This document shows, one piece after another, positions 59,101-64,000 of a DNA stretch of 64,000 bases. Within the stretch, counting starts at the first letter, position 1. Every line of letters starts with the position of its first letter. The translations under genes were made by a program, and so were the position numbers. Below the pieces are notes generated by a model, which did not search any database, had not been told where the DNA came from, and saw only the letters and a program-made list of their open reading frames with translations. The stretch covers positions 51,088,001 through 51,152,000 of the forward strand of contig OZ076420.1 of the NCBI GenBank assembly GCA_964187785.1, written 5' to 3'. Source of the DNA: Amphiscolops sp. MND2022. Lineage: Eukaryota.

Positions 59101-61600
59101 AATCAAAGAACATAAGAAACACCAACTTAGCCACAAGATCCTACCCAACGACATACACTTCTTCGACGAGCATGGGACCCAAGTTCATTACAAAATCAAA
59201 CACGAGGAAAACGACGAGACTTCAAAGAATGACTTCTACCCGATATTGTACGAAAAGGGGGATGAACGGAAAATCCTTCACCTACAAAATGACGGTAATA
59301 ACTTCACAGTTAACAATGTCTACGAGGAACCTAACCTGCCGAAGATAGAGTCGGCACAAAGTTGTTTTGACGCCGGAAAAGAAATTAGAAGTTACGAAGA
59401 GCTACGAATCAGATCTGGCACGCGAGAAAGCACTTCCGATATATCACAAAATACTTACAGCTCGGTTAACAGCGACGCCGGTGACGAAGCCCCTGCAGAT
59501 GATGAACGTCAAGAAGTGAACGAAACAAATTATGAGCCTAATACGAGTTCCCCGACACTCAAAGAACGTACCCCTGAAAATGATAAGGCAGTCGACAATT
59601 ACGAGCTCCTTAAAACCACAATAGGAAAACAAAAGACATCAACACGAGAACTCATAGGCCAACTCGATAAGATTTCCAAAGAAGCGGAGCTAAACGTCAC
59701 AACAATTTTACAAGAACAAATTAATGACCCAGTCCTCAGTGTGGTTCGACAATGGATGAAGACAGGAAACAAGCCTACGCCAAAGTCACCAGAGTTACAA
59801 CATTCGAAAGGCCTCATGCGCTACTTTCAGGAATTTGACCGACTAACTATAGAAGAACAGGGAAATCTCCTCTGCTACAACGAGCCAACTGACGACCCGG
59901 CCGACGAAAACCTGAGAATCTGCCTACCTCTCTCTCTATTTCTAACTTGCTTCCGTATGGGACATTACAACGACCTGGGCGGCCATATGGGGGCTGAGAA
60001 AACTTACCTAAACGCTAAAAGATTCTACTACTGGCCCGGAATGCACGACTGGATCTGTGCCCTCACACAAGATTGCGTTAGTTGCCAATCTAACAAATCC
60101 AAACAAAGAAGAAATAACGAAGTCCCCCTGGAAGACTGTGAAACAGAGACCCAAGTATTCAGAACAGTTCATATCGATCATAAAGGACCACTCAACCCTC
60201 CCAGTCGTGGAAATTCACACTGCCATCTCATCATTGACGCATTCTCGCGCTATTTGATGGCATACCCGGTCCGAGACACAGGGGCGCAATCAACAATCAA
60301 CGCTATGGAAAAATGGATAATGCACTACGGGATACCACAATCTATAATACATGATAGAGGAACAGCTTTTGTAAACACTGAGTTCGTCAACTGGACAAAA
60401 GAGTTTGGCATTACTCTTCGACCAAGAACTGCACACTCACCCTGGACAAATGGCAAAGTCGAGACGCAAAACCAACACATCGCAAGATACTGGAGAAACT
60501 TCCTAAATGAATCAGGAAATAACTGGGCCCAACTAGCCGCTAATTTTGCATTCGCCCACAACACAAGCGTCAACTACACAACAGGAAAGACACCCTACGA
60601 GATAGTGTTCTGCAACAAACCACAAATACCTATGAGTCTGAAGCTGGGACTTTATAGGAATAAAAACAAGAACTGTAAATCACAATTCTGTCACGGACTA
60701 CCTCCACACCGCCATAGTGAAAACCACGTAAAAAACGAACTATTAAATGGACTATTACGACCACAACTATCCCAAAACTTGCTGGAAAGAGAAACAGCCT
60801 TCAAAAAGATCTACTCATCCACATACGAAAAGTGCAGACAACAAACAGCTCGATCACACGCCTACAGAAACAGATTTAAACTCGGAAACCACCTCAACAT
60901 AGGACAAAAGGTCCTGCTAGAAAACCATCGAAAAGATCTTTCTAAAAGCCAAAAACTTCAGCAACTACGGTTAGGACCCTTTACAGTCACCAAGAGAATC
61001 ACCAACACAACTTACCAAATAACCGAAGATCGAAATCCAGAGAACCTCCGAACTGTACATAGAAATCACCTAATAGAATATATTCCCAAAGAGGAAACAC
61101 TCCCCCCTCTAATCGAAGAATACACAACTCCCCACCGTGGAGACACGGATTTTTATAACAATCTCGTCAAGGAAAGAATTGAACAACTTAATGTTTCAGA
61201 ACCACAAACACTGGAAGATCTCTGCATATTGCCAGTTCGGACCCAACAAGATCAAATACTTGCCCGCAAAAGAGAACAAACCCCACAGAGCACAGACTCT
61301 GGTATCATCTCTCCGGAAACCCAGTTGTTGGCAACCCCACAGACTCCCGATCAGCCTTCGATCTCACATCCTCGCGACACCGCAACCCCTATCCTAACGT
61401 TGACTCAACGTCAACTAACTCCAGCACGACCAACTAACAACCAGGCGTCTTCAAATAAATCACCGACCCCTTTGCAAGAATTACGAAGAGCTGTAGCCCG
61501 CCACATAGAAAGAAATCCACGATATCAACGAGCACAGCCCAATCAACCAGCACAACAGTCCGTCCTTCGCGAAAGGACTCGAATTGGTTACAAAGAATAA
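56093..61600 (+). CDS. pol: Pol via -1 frameshift (PR-macrodomain-RT-RH-IN)
   Basis: The -1 frame is open from the heptamer into the 1799-aa ORF. LLDTGA, macro-like 57002-57403, YIDD, VDSS, CDH, HHCC, DHKGP/HDRG/KVET, GPF. Confidence 0.95.
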   Translation, partial: FKLLRSPKNKSSSSAPLKFSLNLYYFAAGDSQKDSGLEIDFLLDTGATSSIINYRTFRELCQFQQDLELSRSNNTTRNYSGQIIPMMGYISLRLYYDSDGQHNFPLTIWITEMKTQNLLGMNFCQEQVNKIHFDLPGIELKKPTNTFCYGSLQLNKSYPYVSQIFSVRIPYSMYIEPKTTRCYKFAPEKTKNSFPPGSTFLPNRKAVSTGLNFINVLCTRFEKTLPIVMENNKNHTITLVKGTIGYSMLDVIDKEIPKYQIRNPTELAYTILSENEEYNDCFLLHSTIPSQDMNDCLRIEGGNSTTILSRPDSIIIFVPADLKPAKGFSKEILTKIPSLKDSCAKQRPQKGDTVPYWDTTLKRFIYVLITKAKSKDKIDPQILAQSLETLKAHAKMNNIKTVSMLREASELEDFQWQDVTQIIQDIFAYSEIQLRIYTRNELDVYAMTTRGDPEYGLEDEIQQYSEEFHLKHRELETDFTRDAKSCQPPCEEQFKIFRPKEDNDCLIEYYLQYQNKEAVQYIKEFDFRYSDLTDEELVLLIDLLMDARDVYSQHKFDVGKTRQKFNIKLEQGAILKRQRPSKVPLHLREKLEKLLTQLKEAGIIREMGDDDEMGSLFVNPIILQPKHDYVKLIIDARYLSSVTDLTNYSRPLEPIQTIMTLINGKIFSVSDLSCAFHQVPLDEPTQKLTSFIIGGKQYTFTRGFYGLKGLPSFFSRMMTIHFEPLIKKKQAITYIDDTLMQAKNKQEMFTVIQEYHDLLRKAGLKAAPDKTLFFLRKVKFLGHVIAADGIQPVAKRVRDLHNLKSPKTKTEVKSFLGALGFYSCYIKNLHVDSRPFYELTKKDTNFCWKQEHEDLFQEIKKRISEDTVLAVPSTKHPFHIHVDSSNVGTGCILIQQFPEGKRIISFNSRIFAKEEQKMSTLHRELCGIVSALQTYEHYIIGSPFSIYLYCDHKPILYLWGRKGQVSPRFFRYQVIISKFPNLKIIWTPGSNLAFPDILSRNVSIKEHKKHQLSHKILPNDIHFFDEHGTQVHYKIKHEENDETSKNDFYPILYEKGDERKILHLQNDGNNFTVNNVYEEPNLPKIESAQSCFDAGKEIRSYEELRIRSGTRESTSDISQNTYSSVNSDAGDEAPADDERQEVNETNYEPNTSSPTLKERTPENDKAVDNYELLKTTIGKQKTSTRELIGQLDKISKEAELNVTTILQEQINDPVLSVVRQWMKTGNKPTPKSPELQHSKGLMRYFQEFDRLTIEEQGNLLCYNEPTDDPADENLRICLPLSLFLTCFRMGHYNDLGGHMGAEKTYLNAKRFYYWPGMHDWICALTQDCVSCQSNKSKQRRNNEVPLEDCETETQVFRTVHIDHKGPLNPPSRGNSHCHLIIDAFSRYLMAYPVRDTGAQSTINAMEKWIMHYGIPQSIIHDRGTAFVNTEFVNWTKEFGITLRPRTAHSPWTNGKVETQNQHIARYWRNFLNESGNNWAQLAANFAFAHNTSVNYTTGKTPYEIVFCNKPQIPMSLKLGLYRNKNKNCKSQFCHGLPPHRHSENHVKNELLNGLLRPQLSQNLLERETAFKKIYSSTYEKCRQQTARSHAYRNRFKLGNHLNIGQKVLLENHRKDLSKSQKLQQLRLGPFTVTKRITNTTYQITEDRNPENLRTVHRNHLIEYIPKEETLPPLIEEYTTPHRGDTDFYNNLVKERIEQLNVSEPQTLEDLCILPVRTQQDQILARKREQTPQSTDSGIISPETQLLATPQTPDQPSISHPRDTATPILTLTQRQLTPARPTNNQASSNKSPTPLQELRRAVARHIERNPRYQRAQPNQPAQQSVLRERTRIGYKE

Positions 61601-61607
61601 CCTTATC

Positions 61608-61994
61608 ATGCCATGCCATAAAGTATATCTACAATTGCCCTGGCAAGTTCCACGAGAACTTCAGTCCTTAGGTGTTCTCAATGTAACAATTACAAAAATC
61701 TACTGGACCTACACCAACAAGCTAGTTAGAATCTGCTTCTACTCCAAAGACCCAGACCCGAGCCATAATAAACAAACAACGCCCCGAAAATCAAACATAC
61801 CTATACGCCCAGAATCTAAGACCTTTGCTCTTCTATATCAACACCTCGCATACTATGCAGTCACACACCACGACCCTATCCTAGAAGAACTCCTATCCTA
61901 CATGCCTACCCTAATACCTGACCTACAACCTTCCCTACCTAATACTAAAATGGACCTATTCTGCTGCTCTACTATCTCCTCACCTAGCTCCTAG
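61608..61994 (+). CDS. Accessory ORF 1 (paralog family), unknown function
   Basis: Starts 7 nt after the pol stop; shares the IPIRPESKTFALLYQHLAYY..LEELLSYMP motif with the ORFs at 63066 and 63454. Confidence 0.6.
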   Translation: MPCHKVYLQLPWQVPRELQSLGVLNVTITKIYWTYTNKLVRICFYSKDPDPSHNKQTTPRKSNIPIRPESKTFALLYQHLAYYAVTHHDPILEELLSYMPTLIPDLQPSLPNTKMDLFCCSTISSPSS

Positions 61995-62847
61995 CCTGCC
62001 ACGAATAGTAAAAAGGTTTTCTTATCATTTTTACTATTGTTTGCTTTGGTTTACCGATACTGTTATATTATTTGTGCAATCCCGAAAGAGCCATACAAAA
62101 GGCCACAAAAGACTGAAGCATATAGAAAAATAGGGAAGTTTAAGAGTGGAGAGACTTCAGAGCCTACTCCAGCTCTAAATAGCCCCCCATCTCCGCCAGT
62201 TTCTTCAATTGCTGGACCCGCTCAGAATTTGTCCATGCGGGCCATAACCGACGAAACTGACCCCGCTGAAACGAGGTTAATCGGGAATAGCCCAAGATAT
62301 GACTCCTGAGCTGGAACAGGAGCACTTACGTTTCTCTGTCCGGGTTACTAATGAGCCCTGGTATTAATCTAACCAGCGGACGACTAACACGGGGCGCGGG
62401 GAAGAACCAACAGGAACCGAATTGTCCGGGCGACTAGGCCCGGCCACAGACATTGCTGAGGAAGCAACAACAGCAGCAGACGAAGAAGAGACGACGACAG
62501 TAGACGTAGTCGGGGCCGTAACGCCCGACGACCCACTAGGGGCAAGATTATTGGTATTATTGCTGCTCATTACTAAATGCAAAGTAGCTATTGATAGTCA
62601 TGTAAACCTAAATGAATAAATATATTGATTTAATACTATTACGTCTTTATTTGTTTACCCTAGTATTCATAAATTCAATATATTATCTGCTCTTTATTCC
62701 TCGGTAATTAAACACGAAATCATCTGAAGTCGTGTTAATAATTTTTACCGTAAGACTGTTCTCAAACGCAATGAAAATAACTGATGATTACATTCTCAGA
62801 TTTGCTATGTTTGATGAACACAAACCACGAGGCAAAACACCCCACAG

Positions 62848-63066
62848 ATGATCATAATATTCAAAATCGACAATAGACTTTCACAGATCACGGACATTCA
62901 GAAGGAGCCCTCAACACAGAACATCATCATACAAGCCTACGCAATAGCAGAAGAAAGTGAAACCTACACTTGTGTGCCAGCATCACCCATCTACCCACTA
63001 CTGGAGAGCTTGCTATATAACAACACCCCTACTGAAGTCTTCACCAGAGCCAAATCAGTCATTTAA
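62848..63066 (+). CDS. Accessory ORF 2 (shorter, weaker paralog)
   Basis: QITDIQKE..IIIQAY..VPASPIYPLLESLLY; TAATG stop-start overlap with the next ORF. Confidence 0.45.
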   Translation: MIIIFKIDNRLSQITDIQKEPSTQNIIIQAYAIAEESETYTCVPASPIYPLLESLLYNNTPTEVFTRAKSVI

Positions 63067-63461
63067 TGTCCTCTCCCGCAGTAGCTGTCTTCCGCGGAAA
63101 TAATTACTACTTCCACACCCAATTTCAACCTCCTGTTCCTTGGACGCCCATACAACTCAAGGGCCAATACGAAATACAGTCAATTTTCCACGAGATCACT
63201 ACTTCTGCGATTCAAGTCCGTATTCTCACGCCAGAGGACAAAGAAGCTCTAGTCCTCTTCCCTATTCACTTCGGGTCCAAGGAATACGCCTACTTATTTC
63301 TTTCGTTCAAGCAATACATACTCCAACACCCCACCGTCCTCAAAGACAAGGCCTTCGACGACTTGGTTTATTTTATGGACATCACTCTCACCTCCAACCC
63401 CTTTGAAGAAGAAGTCCGAACCAAATACCTTCATAGCCTAGTCGACACCTACGATGTTTAA
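63066..63461 (+). CDS. Accessory ORF 3 (paralog family)
   Basis: EIQSIFHE..IQVRIL..FPIHFGSKEYAYLFLSFKQY..FDDLVYFMD. Confidence 0.65.
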   Translation: MSSPAVAVFRGNNYYFHTQFQPPVPWTPIQLKGQYEIQSIFHEITTSAIQVRILTPEDKEALVLFPIHFGSKEYAYLFLSFKQYILQHPTVLKDKAFDDLVYFMDITLTSNPFEEEVRTKYLHSLVDTYDV

Positions 63462-63795
63462 GATTCAACTCAAATTTCTCTGGCGGCATCCAGAAACAAA
63501 CACCCTCCTAGAAATCCTCTCTATCGCTTGGAAAGACAGCGCTCCAGTGATCCAAATAGAAATCCATAGTCTTCGACCGCACCAGCCAGGCCACTGGCTC
63601 ATCCCGGTAGAAACCGACTCACAAGAAGCTGCCGCTCTCGCACAATCCCTCAAGGAATACAGACAGATAGCATACTTAAATCACATTCACCCTCTTACAC
63701 TCTTCCTCCTCAACAAACTCATCGACTTCATCGACTCGAGAAGAAAAAACAAACCCTCTCCCAGTCTGCAATTCATCAGTGACAATTACAGCTAA
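63454..63795 (+). CDS. Accessory ORF 4 (paralog family)
   Basis: EILSIAWK..IQIEIHS..IPVETDSQEAAALAQSLKEY..LNKLIDFID; overlaps ORF 3 by 8 nt. Confidence 0.65.
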   Translation: MFKIQLKFLWRHPETNTLLEILSIAWKDSAPVIQIEIHSLRPHQPGHWLIPVETDSQEAAALAQSLKEYRQIAYLNHIHPLTLFLLNKLIDFIDSRRKNKPSPSLQFISDNYS

Positions 63796-64000
63796 ATCTT
63801 CACAAATGGTTGAAGTTAGTCTCTTTCAAATACTCTTCATAGGCACTCTTTTTCTAACAGTAGTGAGGTTACTACTATAAAATTTTAGCCTCCGCTTAGC
63901 GCAGTGCCCGCTAAGCTGCCGGTTTGATATTACGGCTTGCCTTTTTACGGTCTTACTCCTGGATCCATTACCTTAACTACAACTAAAAGAATAACAGACT

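Larger units (their letters stand above)
51590..64000 (+). mobile_element. Second large Ty3/Gypsy element, apparently intact gag-pol plus accessory ORFs; 3' end outside the window
   Basis: Long non-coding 5' region with 128-bp and 47-bp tandem repeats and CCAAT boxes (52088-52115); gag, a -1 frameshift site, an uninterrupted 1799-aa pol and downstream ORFs. The left boundary is approximate. Confidence 0.85.

Noticed and set aside
62364-62619. Ser/Ala/Val-rich antisense ORF and nearby GTAAGT as a spliced antisense gene in the last element
   Set aside because: Low complexity, and I could not build an in-frame intron with convincing donor and acceptor sites.

Overview
AT-rich animal (probably invertebrate) genomic DNA that is almost entirely nested transposable elements plus one five-exon host gene. 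In order: a degenerate Ty1/copia 5' half with its LTR (minus strand); a decayed CRE-type (RT + restriction-like endonuclease) non-LTR element; a decayed BEL/Pao element with an internal 318-bp inverted duplication; a CR1/L2-like RT fragment; an internally deleted Gypsy element with an SGNH-fold ORF upstream of gag; foldback/MULE-like MITEs, one 7.6-kb copy enclosing an I-group LINE that has an extra SGNH-like ORF0; an intact, very young CsRN1-type Gypsy whose integrase ends in an ING-like PHD finger and whose 3' LTR holds a 1.16-kb orphan-gene insert; a BRICHOS-domain type II membrane protein gene whose 15-kb first intron contains a 13.9-kb env-bearing Gypsy/errantivirus-like element; small hAT and Tc1/pogo MITEs; and a second large Gypsy element with intact gag-pol that runs off the window end. 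The best candidate for a new system is the 13.9-kb element. Besides gag, pol and a class I fusion env, it carries a TARG1-like macrodomain on the integrase C-terminus and an antisense cassette with a spliced OTU-like protease and a small type I glycoprotein. The second large element has its own macrodomain between PR and RT and an array of 3-4 paralogous orphan ORFs. All domain calls come from motif recognition by eye; no database search was run.
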